This document shows, piece by piece, positions 42,655 through 53,457 of a stretch of DNA of 64,000 nt. The position numbers and the translations under genes are program-made. The DNA comes from an uncultured Clostridia bacterium (lineage in GTDB: Bacteria > Bacillota > Clostridia > TANB77 > CAG-508): assembly GCA_947589015.1 (NCBI GenBank), contig CANPZF010000006.1, positions 4,280-68,279 of the forward strand. The letters run 5' to 3'. Position 1 is the stretch's first letter. Every line of letters starts with the position of its first letter. The notes below the pieces were generated by a model that saw nothing but the letters and a program-made list of their open reading frames with translations, was not told the origin of the DNA and made no database searches.

Positions 42655-43557
42655 TTAAAATTCCCATTTAGGAACATATTCTTCTTCATGTTCTCCCAAT
42701 TCTTGAATATATCCACTTTTTATGTTTAAATCCCACACATAGTTCTGAATATCTTCAAACTCTTCTTTTGTAAGTTTTCTATTTAGTTCTTTATCTTCTT
42801 TTGCTAAATATGTAGGAAAATATTGTGCCATAACACTTATTAATACATCATCTTCAAAATTTTCCTTTATCCATTTCAAAACTTTTTTACTATTTTCTAT
42901 GTTATTAGGTAGCACTAGATGTCTAATAATAATTCCTTTTTCCATAGTCCCTTTACTATTTATAATGAATTTTCCAACCTGTCGATACATTTCTTTAATT
43001 GCATTTGTTGCTATTTCAAAATAATTTGGTACTTTAGAATATTTTTCTCCTAAATTATTTTGTGCATATTTCAAGTCTGGTAAATAAATGTCTATATATC
43101 CTTCTAATAATTTTAAGCTTTCTACTCTTTCATATGCATTTGTATTATATACAATTGGAATTTTTAGGCCTTTATTTTTGGCTTTTTTTATTGCTTCTAT
43201 AATTTGTAAAATATAACTTGTAGGTGTTACCAAATTAATATTTTCTACACCTTTTTCCTGTTGTTCTATAAATATTTTTGCTAACTCATCTATTGAAATT
43301 TCTTTTCCTTTTCCTAATTGACTTATTTCATAATTTTGACAATATTTACAATTCAAATTACAATTTGAAAAAAATATCGTTCCTGAGCCATTTTTTCCAC
43401 TAATACACGGTTCCTCAAAATTATGTATTGAATATAATGCTATTTTTACTGTGTCTTTTGCTTTACATCTTCCTAATTTCTGTGAATATCTATCTACCCC
43501 ACATTTGTGCGGACATATTTCACATTTTTCTAATTGTTTCATTATACTTATCTCCAC
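42655..43557 (-). CDS. PflX-like radical SAM protein
   Basis: CEICPHKCGVDR, EEPCISG..GSGTIFFSNCNLNCKYCQNY and RHLVLPN motifs. Confidence 0.9.
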   Translation of the reverse strand: MEISIMKQLEKCEICPHKCGVDRYSQKLGRCKAKDTVKIALYSIHNFEEPCISGKNGSGTIFFSNCNLNCKYCQNYEISQLGKGKEISIDELAKIFIEQQEKGVENINLVTPTSYILQIIEAIKKAKNKGLKIPIVYNTNAYERVESLKLLEGYIDIYLPDLKYAQNNLGEKYSKVPNYFEIATNAIKEMYRQVGKFIINSKGTMEKGIIIRHLVLPNNIENSKKVLKWIKENFEDDVLISVMAQYFPTYLAKEDKELNRKLTKEEFEDIQNYVWDLNIKSGYIQELGEHEEEYVPKWEF

Positions 43558-44252
43558 TATTCTATTTTTGTTACTACCATATTTCCATCATCTTTTTTAT
43601 TTAGTATAATTTTTTTCTTTGTATATTTATCTATATTATTTTTTATTATTTCTTTTTTTTGAATGTCACTTAGTGAACTTTTTACTTTTTCAATTTCTTC
43701 ATTTTGTATATTTCTTAGTATTATGTTGTATTCTTGAGTTTCATCTTCTAAATTGCTTCCTTCTATATAGTCTTCAATATATTCAACTATTTCTACTATA
43801 TATTGATTTTCATTTTTTCCTATATTATACAATAAAAATTTGTCTTCTTTTTCATCAATTATTATACTTGTTGCCTTATATTGATTTTCTTCCTCTTTGG
43901 TAATGATTCCCTCTATTCCTTCTTGTGGAAATTTTTTCTGAAAATTGTCTCCAAATAATTCTTTTGCTTTTTTTTCAATTTGTTCATAAGAAAATTTTTC
44001 TTCTTCTAGATTTTTCTTGACAACCTGCCATATCCAAATTTCATTTGCTTGATTTATATCTTCGAATTTTGGTAGTGCTTCTCCTGATACTTCACTCCAC
44101 ATGTATATTTTTGATATATATTCTTCTATTAAATTAACTTCTTCTGCTGATACATTGTTAATATTACTCATACTTTGTATTTGATTTCTTCTTATTACCA
44201 TTCCAGCAAATATAATTGCTAATATTATTATTAAGACAACCATTTTTTTCAT
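43557..44252 (-). CDS. Hypothetical exported or membrane-anchored protein
   Basis: N-terminal signal/TM segment. Stop codon overlaps the next start codon. Confidence 0.7.
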   Translation of the reverse strand: MKKMVVLIIILAIIFAGMVIRRNQIQSMSNINNVSAEEVNLIEEYISKIYMWSEVSGEALPKFEDINQANEIWIWQVVKKNLEEEKFSYEQIEKKAKELFGDNFQKKFPQEGIEGIITKEEENQYKATSIIIDEKEDKFLLYNIGKNENQYIVEIVEYIEDYIEGSNLEDETQEYNIILRNIQNEEIEKVKSSLSDIQKKEIIKNNIDKYTKKKIILNKKDDGNMVVTKIE

Positions 44253-44341
44253 TAGATTTCCTCCACAAAAGCATCATTTTATGTTTCATATTTTATCATA
44301 ACATAAAAATTCTTGCAATAATATATTTTTTTACAAAATAC

Positions 44342-44370
44342 TTGACAATCCCAAAAAAATAGTTTATACT
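44342..44370 (+). promoter_or_regulatory. Sigma-A promoter of the tRNA pair
   Basis: TTGACA-17 nt-TATACT, ~30 nt upstream of the first tRNA. Confidence 0.8.
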
Positions 44371-44399
44371 TTATCTTGCGTTAAATAAAAGATGTTTAT

Positions 44400-44476
44400 G
44401 CTCCCTTAGCTCAGTTGGTCAGAGCAACCGGCTCATAACCGGTTGGTCCAAGGTTCGAATCCTTGAGGGAGCACCA
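44400..44476 (+). tRNA. tRNA with CAT anticodon, most likely tRNA-Ile2 (lysidine); Met not excluded
   Basis: GCTCCCT/AGGGAGC acceptor stem, ACCGG-CTCATAA-CCGGT anticodon arm, GGTTCGAAT T-loop, encoded CCA. Confidence 0.93.
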
Positions 44477-44488
44477 TTTCATATATAT

Positions 44489-44574
44489 GGGTAGGTGGCC
44501 GAGTGGCTAAAGGCGGCAGACTGTAAATCTGTTCTCATTTGAGTACGATGGTTCGAATCCATCCCTGCCCACCA
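44489..44574 (+). tRNA. tRNA-Tyr(GTA)
   Basis: GGGTAGG/CCTGCCC stem, GCAGA-CTGTAAA-TCTGT anticodon arm, long variable arm, TTCGAAT, CCA. Confidence 0.96.
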
Positions 44575-44634
44575 TTAAGTTTTAAAGTTTAGTGAGTTTT
44601 AGAATAGACTCTAAACATCTAACAAATATCTAAC

Positions 44635-44676
44635 AAAAAAATATATCTAACTTTTTATTGTTAGATATATTTTTTT
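44635..44676 (+). terminator. Terminator after the tRNAs
   Basis: AAAAAAATATATCTAAC...GTTAGATATATTTTTTT inverted repeat. Confidence 0.7.
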
Positions 44677-44810
44677 GACTCTTAAGAATATCAGATAGTA
44701 CATTGGCTTAATTTTGTTTTATCATTGAACAATTTCAGAAATAAAAAATATTGAAAACAAATATACATTATGATAAAATAAACTTGATAACAAAAGGAGG
44801 TCTATATAAA

Positions 44811-45488
44811 ATGAGTAATAAAACTCTTGTAAAGTTAGTTATAGCAATAATAATACTGTCAATACTAGATATTATAATATTTTCACCTGCAATTTTAGCA
44901 ATATCATTTAGTAGTAATACTTTAATATTTTGCACAGTAATTCTAATAAATATAATATGCTTTATATCTGGTTATATATATGTAACTCACTCGACTACAG
45001 CAAAATATGGGTACGATTTAGATAAACTGAAAAATGCAAATGATTATAAAGAAGCTCTAGATTCAAAACTAAGAAAAAACTCACCTTTTTACACTCAAGT
45101 TAAACAAGCTCTAACACAGCTAGATTCAATGACTAGAAAGAAAGATGTGTTAAATGAACTTTTGGAGCAAAATAATCAAGAACATTTTACAGCCTTGACA
45201 GATTTGGCTAATCAAGCTTCAAATTTTCTATTTAATAATATTCGAAAAATATTAAATAGAATTGCAATTTTTGATTCAGATATAGGAAACAACATGGAAA
45301 ATGAATATAAGGCATATATACAAAAGCTTTTAGATAGCAATAACAATATTCTTGGTGAATTCAATAAATTGCTGACAGAAGTTTCTCAAATTGATGACAC
45401 ATCATCTAATGACGATACTTTAGGCAAAGTATTAAATGATATGACAAATTCATTAAAAACATTAAGAGGCGAAAATGACGATTTATAA
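44811..45488 (+). CDS. Membrane-anchored helical protein (XpaC-like position in a telA operon)
   Basis: AAAGGAGG RBS precedes ATG 44811 (the ORF track starts at 44751). Two TM segments followed by coiled coil. Confidence 0.65.
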   Translation: MSNKTLVKLVIAIIILSILDIIIFSPAILAISFSSNTLIFCTVILINIICFISGYIYVTHSTTAKYGYDLDKLKNANDYKEALDSKLRKNSPFYTQVKQALTQLDSMTRKKDVLNELLEQNNQEHFTALTDLANQASNFLFNNIRKILNRIAIFDSDIGNNMENEYKAYIQKLLDSNNNILGEFNKLLTEVSQIDDTSSNDDTLGKVLNDMTNSLKTLRGENDDL

Positions 45489-47190
45489 GGAAAGGAAATT
45501 TAAAATGGGAAAAGAAAATAATACCAAAAAAATATTTTTTATACTAATAGCAGTATTTTTAGTAATAGTAGTTACAGGAATATATGTAACTCAACAAATT
45601 GGCAAAAGTCCAGAAGAAAAATCTCTTGGATATTTAGAAAAGTATTTAAAAAGAATAAATGTAACAACTGCCACTCCAAACAAATCTAAAGTGACACTTG
45701 AGCAAACTTCGTTAAAAGATGAATTACCAGAAATTGATGAATATGATTTGACTGTAAAAGGCAACGAAGATAGCGATAGGTATATAAATGTAGAAATCTT
45801 TTCATCTCCTGAAAAAAGCGGTGATGGAACTGATGGTTGGCTTAAAGAAGTTGCAGAAAAATTTAATAATTCAAGATATTCTATTAATGGAAAACAAGCA
45901 TCAGTTTCTGTACGTAATATTTCATCCGGAGATGCTGTAGATTATATCGTTTCAGGTAAACATGTACCAGAATTATTTGCTCCATCAAATGAATTATGGG
46001 CAGCTATGGCACAAGCTCAATCAGTTAATCTAACAAAAATATCTGATTCTCTAGTTAAAAATACAGCTGGAATATTAATTTCGCAACGAACATCTAAAAC
46101 ACTCGAATCTAAATATGGTAAAGCAGATTTAGCAGCAGTTGTTCAGGCAACTACAAATGGAGAAATATCATTTGGATATACAAATCCATATGCTAGTTCA
46201 ACAGGATTAAACCTTTTAATATCAACACTTTCATATTTTGACTCAGAAAATCCTCTAAGTGAAAAGGCAAAAGAAGGATTTCAAAAATTTCAAGAAAATA
46301 TTCCATTTGTATCATATAATACAATGCAAATGAGATCTGCAGCAGAAAGTGGCTCTTTGGATGCATTTATTATGGAATATCAAACTTATGAAAATGACCC
46401 AACATTAAAAAATAATTATACATTTATACCTTTTGGAATACCTCATAATAATCCACTTTATGCATGTGGTACAATTTCTCCAGAAAAAACCCAACTAATT
46501 GAGGCATTTTCAAAATATGCTTTAGATGAGCAACAACAAAATTTAGCTAAAAATTATGGATTTAATCAAAATGAAAATAATTCAAATTTAACTACTTATG
46601 ATGGAAATACAATTCTACAAGCTCAACAATTGTGGAAAGAAGAAAAAGATTCTGGAAAGCCAATTATAGCAGTATTCGTAGCAGATGTTTCAGGTAGCAT
46701 GTCTGGTGTACCATTGTCTAATTTGAAAAAATCATTAATAAATGGTGGTCAATATATAAATAAAAATAATTATATTGGACTTGTAAGTTATAGTACTGAT
46801 GTTACTATTGAATTACCTATAAATCAATTTGACATTACTCAACGTTCATATTTCAATAATGCAGTACAAAGCTTGTACGCTACTGGTAATACAGCCACTT
46901 TTGATGCCATTATGGTAGCTACAAATATGTTACTTGAAAAGAAAAAAGATATCCCAGATGCAAAATTGATGATGTTTGTACTAAGTGATGGCGAAACAAA
47001 TACAGGTTGTAAGTTATCAGATGCTACAAGAGTTGTTAAAAATCTAAATATACCAATTTATACTATTGGATATAATGCTGATATTTCTGCATTAGGAGAA
47101 ATTTCAAATATAAATGAAGCAGCTAGCATTAATGCTGATTCAGAAGATGTTATATATCAATTAAGAAATTTATTTAATTCAAATTTATAA
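45475..47190 (+). CDS. Solute-binding-like domain plus von Willebrand A domain protein
   Basis: N-terminal TM segment, TNPYASSTG, MIDAS DVSGSM, T...DA and LSDGETN. Confidence 0.85.
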   Translation: MTIYKERKFKMGKENNTKKIFFILIAVFLVIVVTGIYVTQQIGKSPEEKSLGYLEKYLKRINVTTATPNKSKVTLEQTSLKDELPEIDEYDLTVKGNEDSDRYINVEIFSSPEKSGDGTDGWLKEVAEKFNNSRYSINGKQASVSVRNISSGDAVDYIVSGKHVPELFAPSNELWAAMAQAQSVNLTKISDSLVKNTAGILISQRTSKTLESKYGKADLAAVVQATTNGEISFGYTNPYASSTGLNLLISTLSYFDSENPLSEKAKEGFQKFQENIPFVSYNTMQMRSAAESGSLDAFIMEYQTYENDPTLKNNYTFIPFGIPHNNPLYACGTISPEKTQLIEAFSKYALDEQQQNLAKNYGFNQNENNSNLTTYDGNTILQAQQLWKEEKDSGKPIIAVFVADVSGSMSGVPLSNLKKSLINGGQYINKNNYIGLVSYSTDVTIELPINQFDITQRSYFNNAVQSLYATGNTATFDAIMVATNMLLEKKKDIPDAKLMMFVLSDGETNTGCKLSDATRVVKNLNIPIYTIGYNADISALGEISNINEAASINADSEDVIYQLRNLFNSNL

Positions 47191-47227
47191 AAATATTTAA
47201 ATTGAAAAATGGAAGGAGTAAAATAAA

Positions 47228-48400
47228 ATGGAAGATTTAAAATTAGAGGTTAACGAAAAAGTTGACAAAAAACAACTTGAAACAACTATATTGGATGGAA
47301 ATGAAATATCAGAAAATAAAATTGAAAATTCTTTAAATTACGATAAGCTATCAGATACTGAAAAACAAGCAATAAATACATTCTTGGAAAAACTTGATGC
47401 TACAAATACTGCACAACTTCTACAATATGGTTCTTCAGCTCAAAACAATATTTCTAAATTTTCAGACTATGTTCTATCAGAGGTGAAAACTAAAGATACT
47501 GGAGCTGTTGGCGACTTACTTGCCTCTCTTGTAACCGAAATAAAAGGATTTAATAGCGATGCAGCATCTATTACTACTGAACAAAAGGGAATTTTAGGAA
47601 TGTTCAACTCAGCTAAAAAACAGTTTGATAAAATTCTCGCTAAATACAATAAAGTAGAGGTAAATATTGATAAAATTGAAAAAATGTTAGAATCTCAAAA
47701 ATTAACAATGCTAAAAGATATTGCAACTTTTGACACAATGTATGAAAAAAATTTGGAATATTTTAAACAACTATCATTGTACATTATAGCTGGTGAGAAA
47801 AAGTTAGAAGAGTTAAATACAGTAACACTTCCAGCACTTCAAAAAAAGGCTCAAGAAACAAATGATCAATTAGATGTACAAGCTGTAAAAGACATGTCAG
47901 ATACTATAAATAGATTTGAGAAAAAGTTGTATGATTTGAAAACAACAAGGATAATATCTATTCAAATGGCACCTCAAATTAGGCTAATCCAAAATAATGA
48001 TAGTGAATTAATAAATAAAATTCAAAGCTCTTTAATAAATACAATCCCTCTTTGGAAAAATCAAGTTGTCATTGCTTTGGGTATAGCAAATTCTAAAAAA
48101 GCTTTAGAAACTCAAAAGAAGGTAACTGACCTTACAAATGATATGTTAAAGGCAAATAGCGAAATTTTAAAGCAAGGTACTATTCAAATTGCTCAAGAGT
48201 CTGAAAGGGCTATTGTGGATGTCGAAACACTTCAAAAAACAAATACGGATTTGATTGAAACAATCGATAATTTAATACAAATTCATACTGATGGAAAAGC
48301 TAAAAGACTTGCTGCTGAAGGAGAACTTGTAAAAATTGAATCAGAATTGAAAAATAAACTTTTAGAAGTAAAAATAGCTTCTGAAAATAATGACTTGTAA
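47228..48400 (+). CDS. Toxic anion resistance protein (TelA/KlaA family)
   Basis: LLQYGSSAQ, YIIAGE, QMAPQIRLIQNND, TIPLWKNQ motifs. Confidence 0.92.
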   Translation: MEDLKLEVNEKVDKKQLETTILDGNEISENKIENSLNYDKLSDTEKQAINTFLEKLDATNTAQLLQYGSSAQNNISKFSDYVLSEVKTKDTGAVGDLLASLVTEIKGFNSDAASITTEQKGILGMFNSAKKQFDKILAKYNKVEVNIDKIEKMLESQKLTMLKDIATFDTMYEKNLEYFKQLSLYIIAGEKKLEELNTVTLPALQKKAQETNDQLDVQAVKDMSDTINRFEKKLYDLKTTRIISIQMAPQIRLIQNNDSELINKIQSSLINTIPLWKNQVVIALGIANSKKALETQKKVTDLTNDMLKANSEILKQGTIQIAQESERAIVDVETLQKTNTDLIETIDNLIQIHTDGKAKRLAAEGELVKIESELKNKLLEVKIASENNDL

Positions 48401-48489
48401 TTTTATGTCAATTGTATTATAATATATCGTAATAAACTTTATAAGTTTATTGTAACTGTTAACCTCTATAAAATATAAAGGAGGTTTAT

Positions 48490-48702
48490 ATGGAAAATAA
48501 AATCCAGCTTGCTTCTCAAATTATGAGTAGCAAAGTCGGCCACCAGATTACCCCAAACATGGTCTTAGTCGAGGGGTATACACCAGGCGGCTCCGTCTAT
48601 TCTGCGCGTTTTATGGACATTGATGGTACAATAAAAACCGTTATATGTTCCATGCCAGAAGATGGCAAGCCCTCTGTGCATCTGGCAGCTGACTCCAACT
48701 AA
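48490..48702 (+). CDS. Small hypothetical protein (70 aa), noticeably GC-richer than its surroundings
   Basis: AAAGGAGG RBS and its own terminator CCCCTCAGC..GCTGGGGG at ~48710-48730. Confidence 0.65.
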   Translation: MENKIQLASQIMSSKVGHQITPNMVLVEGYTPGGSVYSARFMDIDGTIKTVICSMPEDGKPSVHLAADSN

Positions 48703-48786
48703 TGCGAATCCCCTCAGCTCTGCTGGGGGGATTTCCATTTTTATAAACAAAAAAGGATTAGATATAAATTCTAACCCTATTATATT

Positions 48787-49656
48787 TTATTTTTCTCCTC
48801 TTCCTTCTGGAAGTGCTGAATAGTCTATTCTTATTCTTATTTTTGTAATATATCTTATTGTTCTTACAAACTTACTTTCTTTAATTCTTTGCCATAAACT
48901 TCTCTTTGTTTCAAATGTAGTTTCTTGAACATATTGTTGTTGTTCTACTGTTTGTTCTGGTTCATTTACTACTTCTTTATTTTCTTCTACTACCTGTTCC
49001 ATTTCTTCTACAGGTGTTGGAATTCCTTTTAATGCATCTGCAACTTCAATTCCAATATAGCTTAAAGCTTTTGATCTATCTTCTATTCTTTCCATATCTA
49101 TTTCAATATGTAAATTAGTTTCTAAATTATTTACTCTTGCTTTTAATAGTTTCATTGCATCTTGATAATCTTGTGTATCTTCTTTTGATTTTCCTACAAT
49201 CATTAAAGTTTCTATAATATCTTCTTGAAAAGAGTTTTCAGCTTTTTTTACGTTACTTTTCCATTCATTTTCTTTATTATCTACTTGTTCTATTAATTCT
49301 TTTAATTGTCCTGCTAATGCTATATTTTGTTCTCTTTGTCTAATTAATTCTTCTATTCTTTTTGTATTTTCTTCAAATTGGTTTGTTGCATATTCTACTA
49401 GTCCATATGCAGCTCTATATACACTGGCTGGAAAGTTTTTCTTTTTTGGATATTCTATTAAATATGACTTTATTGATTCTATTAAATCTTTAAAGTATGT
49501 ATCTTCTTCTAATTGTACAATTTGTTTTTTACTATTAGGGTTTATCATCTTTTGTACTTTATCTATATTGGATAATATTTTTTCCTCTGTAATAACCATT
49601 CTCACATTTACTATGCCAGACTTAGACATTGTAAATACCTCCTTTATCTTACGCAT
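48787..49656 (-). CDS. Hypothetical helical protein (start probably at ~49629)
   Basis: Long ORF with GGAGG upstream of MSKSG. No recognised motif. Confidence 0.7.
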   Translation of the reverse strand: MRKIKEVFTMSKSGIVNVRMVITEEKILSNIDKVQKMINPNSKKQIVQLEEDTYFKDLIESIKSYLIEYPKKKNFPASVYRAAYGLVEYATNQFEENTKRIEELIRQREQNIALAGQLKELIEQVDNKENEWKSNVKKAENSFQEDIIETLMIVGKSKEDTQDYQDAMKLLKARVNNLETNLHIEIDMERIEDRSKALSYIGIEVADALKGIPTPVEEMEQVVEENKEVVNEPEQTVEQQQYVQETTFETKRSLWQRIKESKFVRTIRYITKIRIRIDYSALPEGRGEK

Positions 49657-49845
49657 AATTGCTTTTATTTACTATTTCATATCTAATTATACATTAACTT
49701 ACAAAAAACTACAATAGGCTTTTAAGATTTTTATTTTATTTTTTTGTTACAGAATTGTTACATTTTTATTACATTTTTTCTTTTTAAATTTTTATATTTT
49801 TACTCTCTCAATTTGTATCTTCCTTAAGATTATAGTTTTATTTTC

Positions 49846-51558
49846 TTAATTAACTGTTTTCATTTCTTCAAATCTTTTTATTTTCTGTGTTGTAGTTTTT
49901 ATTAATTCTTTTGTTGTTACTGTTATATCCCTTACATATTTATATGCTGGCATTGTTTTATTAACCTTTTTTACTTCTTGCCATATAAATTCTTTTATTT
50001 TATCTTCACTATCTAAATTATATAATTCCTTCATTTGTTCTAAATCATATACTATTTTTGCACAAATTTTGTAGTCTCCATCCTCCTCTAGTCTACCATA
50101 TACAAATGATTCTTTTATTCCCTCAATTTTATTAATCAAGGTTTCCAATTCTTCTGGGTAAATATTCTTTCCATTTTTCAATACAATAACAAATTTCTTT
50201 CTTCCTGAAATAAATATGTAACCATCTTTATCTATTTTAGCCAAATCTCCAGTGTGTAACCATCCTTCTTCATCAATAGCTTCTTTTGTTGCTTCTTCAT
50301 TATTATAATATCCTAACATTATTGATGGTCCTTTTGCTAATAATTCTCCTACTCCTTCCTCATTTTTATCTATAATTTTAACATCTAAACTTGGAAATGC
50401 TTTTCCAATAGAGCCTAATCTTCTATATTTGTCATCCTCTGCTGCTATAACAGGTGATGATTCTGTTAGACCATATCCTTGATACATAGTAAAACCTAAT
50501 TCATTAAATCCTTTTTCTGCTTCTGGATCTAGTGCTGCACCTCCTGCTACAAATAATCTGGCTTTTCCCCCTAGATTATCATGTATTTCCTTGAATAATT
50601 TTTTTCTAATATCAATTCCAAATTTTAATAAAAACTGACTGATTTTTATTCCCTTTTTTACTTTTTCTAATTTTCCCTTTTTCTCAATTGATTTCATTAC
50701 TTTTTTGTACATATTTTCAAAAAGAATAGGAACAGAAATCATTGCAGTTATTTGATATTCTTTTATATTATCAGCAATATGTCTAATACCTTCACAAAAT
50801 ACAATGGAACTTCCTTTAGATACTGGGTATAAAAAACCAACTGTACATTCGAATGTGTGGTGTAACGGTAAAAACGATAAAAATCTATCTGTTTCATCTA
50901 CTTTTATAACAGACGCAATATCAAATAAATTAGTACATATGTTTTTATGTGATAATGCTACTGCTTTTGACATTGCTGTTGTACCTGAGGTAAATAACAT
51001 TATACTCATTTTTTCATTATCAATTTCAGCATCTAAAAATTTAGTATCTCCATTTTTTAAACTTTCTTTACCTTCTCTAATTAACTTTTTTTGTGAATAT
51101 ATACCATCTTTTTCTTCTTCAAAATCCATTGAAATAAAATATTTTACATTAGTATTTTTTTCTCTTTTTATTTTTTCCATTATACTATTATATTTATTGC
51201 TATAAAAAATAGCTTCAACTTCTGAACGTATTATTAAATTTTCTATTTCATTGTCTGGAAGAGCCTTATCTAATGGTACTACAATACCTGTTCCCGTTAC
51301 TACTGCTAAATATGCTACTCCCCATTCATATCTATTTTCTGAAATAACGGCTATTCTTTTATCTTTTAAACCTAAATTAATTAACGCTGTTCCTAGTGCA
51401 TTAATTTCATCTCTAAATTGTTTATGTGTTACTTTATAATTACTCCCATCTTCATTTTTTAAAATATATGCTGTTTTATCTCCATACATATCTCCTGTTA
51501 TTTTTAACATTTCTTTTAAGTTATTAAACTTTATATATTTATGAATTGGATTTCTCAT
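49846..51558 (-). CDS. Long-chain acyl-CoA synthetase (AMP-binding)
   Basis: FTSGTT, QGYGLTE, WLHTGDL and GKNIYPEELE motifs. Confidence 0.93.
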   Translation of the reverse strand: MRNPIHKYIKFNNLKEMLKITGDMYGDKTAYILKNEDGSNYKVTHKQFRDEINALGTALINLGLKDKRIAVISENRYEWGVAYLAVVTGTGIVVPLDKALPDNEIENLIIRSEVEAIFYSNKYNSIMEKIKREKNTNVKYFISMDFEEEKDGIYSQKKLIREGKESLKNGDTKFLDAEIDNEKMSIMLFTSGTTAMSKAVALSHKNICTNLFDIASVIKVDETDRFLSFLPLHHTFECTVGFLYPVSKGSSIVFCEGIRHIADNIKEYQITAMISVPILFENMYKKVMKSIEKKGKLEKVKKGIKISQFLLKFGIDIRKKLFKEIHDNLGGKARLFVAGGAALDPEAEKGFNELGFTMYQGYGLTESSPVIAAEDDKYRRLGSIGKAFPSLDVKIIDKNEEGVGELLAKGPSIMLGYYNNEEATKEAIDEEGWLHTGDLAKIDKDGYIFISGRKKFVIVLKNGKNIYPEELETLINKIEGIKESFVYGRLEEDGDYKICAKIVYDLEQMKELYNLDSEDKIKEFIWQEVKKVNKTMPAYKYVRDITVTTKELIKTTTQKIKRFEEMKTVN

Positions 51559-51591
51559 ATTTAACTAACATTCCTTTCTAAAGTGCATTTA

Positions 51592-52176
51592 TTACTTTAC
51601 TTTTAATCCTTCTATTACTGTATTTTCAAATTCTTTGTATACATTCATTATGTCTAGCTGTTGATTTCTTAATTTATAAACCAAACTAGAACAAATTAAG
51701 CCATATATTTCAGATGCTATTATATGTGGATTTCCTGCTTTTATTTGTCCTGCATCAATTCCTTCTTTAACAATTCCCTCTATTTTATCTATATACTCAT
51801 ATATATGCATTTTGCATTTTTGATTTCTTGCTTCATTTCCCCAAAATTGACTAAGTAATATTGTTATTATGTCTTCATATTTTTCTACTATTTTTATTTG
51901 AATCAAAACTATTGCTTTTATTTTATCTATATAATTGGGTAATTTAGCAGTTTTAATATCTATACTGTTTTGTAATAGTTTTATTCCCTCTTCTATTAGA
52001 AAATTAAATATTTCTTCTTTACTTGAAAAATGATAATATAGTGTTCCCTTAGCTACTCCAACTGTTGCAGTTATGTCCTCTATGCTTGTTGCATCATAAC
52101 CTTTTTCTGCAAATAGTTTCATAGAAGTTTCAAATATTTTTCTCTTAGTTTTATTCATACTTCTACTTCCTTTCAA
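51592..52176 (-). CDS. TetR/AcrR family regulator
   Basis: LFAEKGYDATSIEDI..GVAKGTLYYHFSSKEEIF motif. Confidence 0.94.
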   Translation of the reverse strand: MKGSRSMNKTKRKIFETSMKLFAEKGYDATSIEDITATVGVAKGTLYYHFSSKEEIFNFLIEEGIKLLQNSIDIKTAKLPNYIDKIKAIVLIQIKIVEKYEDIITILLSQFWGNEARNQKCKMHIYEYIDKIEGIVKEGIDAGQIKAGNPHIIASEIYGLICSSLVYKLRNQQLDIMNVYKEFENTVIEGLKVK

Positions 52177-52245
52177 AATTGGGATAAATAATCATTTTTA
52201 TTATATATTTATTCCTAAATAAATTCAATAGTATATGTATTTTAT

Positions 52246-52734
52246 TTTCGGTATTTTTTTCTTGTAACTTTGGCATTTCTCATTTTTTATTCCACAATAG
52301 GGGCGTCATGTAGTAGATATATTAGTTGATAAATCAACTTGTTCATTACATTCAAAAAGAAATTCTAATATACAAAATTGAGCCGCTTTCACTCAGGCCA
52401 AAATGATTATTAATATATTCTTTTGAATGAAACGACGAATGCGCCGTGGAATGACTGTAGAAATTCTAAATAAAATCAATTAGGGAATCTCGCCTCACGA
52501 GGGCGCTGATTGATTTTATCAAGAATTTCTAAGTCATGTATCAAGCCGAGTCGTGTAAAGAAAAAGAATATATTAATAATCATTTTTCCGTGAACATCCC
52601 TCAATTTTGTATATAAGAATTTCTATTTTTCATTCCAATCAAGCGTTGATTTATCAACTAATATATATACTACATGACGCCCCTATTGTGGAACAAAAAG
52701 TGAGAAGTGCCAAAGTTACAAAAAAATACCGAAA
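52246..52734. repeat. Long rod-like foldback element, copy 2
   Basis: ~90-bp near-perfect outer arms (52246-52338 / 52645-52734). Core is shared with 29782-30113. Confidence 0.9.
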
Positions 52735-52767
52735 CTAAAATTTTTATACTACTTATTTGATTATAAA

Positions 52768-53457
52768 TTATCTAATAATGCAAATTATTACAAAAATCAT
52801 AATTTTAATTATTACTGTCAAATATAAATAATAATTAACATTCTTTATTGCAATATCATTTAATTTATCAAATTGTTGCACCATTTTTTCAATTTCATTT
52901 TTATTAGATATATTTTGAGATAACATATATTTTTCTGCCAAAAACCTTGCCTTAATCATTGCATCATTTTCTAAATAATTTCTTATAAGACAATACATCA
53001 TTCCTATAGCAATAAATATAGCAAGAAATAACATCTTTAGAGGTAACACTTTAAAAATTGCTAATACACAAATTATAAGAAAATACAAAATATAAATATT
53101 AGAAAACAAAAAGTTCGCTATCAATAATTTTCTATTTTGAATAGAATGTAAGCATTCATGTGCTATTGTTTGAATTCTTGTATAACTATCTTTTATATTT
53201 GCAATTACTATTTTATTTGATATTGCTATATATAATGAACTTTTTATGTTGTCATCATTTTCTATTTTTACTGTTTCATTTTTCAACATTTTTAAATATT
53301 GTTTACACATATCAATATTTTCTGGATATTTACTAGCAATCTTATCTAGTTCATCATTTTTAGAAAATTCTTTTATTTTATTTACATTAAAGTCAAATAT
53401 AAATATACCAAACACCAATAAAATCATTAATATTATTAATATTATAATTAGTTCCAT
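52768..53457 (-). CDS. Membrane zinc-peptidase-like protein (YugP-like)
   Basis: TIAHECLHSIQ (HExxH), TM segments and a downstream ENDA motif. Confidence 0.65.
   Translation of the reverse strand: MELIIILIILMILLVFGIFIFDFNVNKIKEFSKNDELDKIASKYPENIDMCKQYLKMLKNETVKIENDDNIKSSLYIAISNKIVIANIKDSYTRIQTIAHECLHSIQNRKLLIANFLFSNIYILYFLIICVLAIFKVLPLKMLFLAIFIAIGMMYCLIRNYLENDAMIKARFLAEKYMLSQNISNKNEIEKMVQQFDKLNDIAIKNVNYYLYLTVIIKIMIFVIICIIR

Noticed and set aside
47940-47990. Possible +1 skipping at AGG codons as well
   Set aside because: In-frame AGG codons in the TelA gene (KTTRII, QIRLIQ) are read as Arg in conserved context with no frame break.
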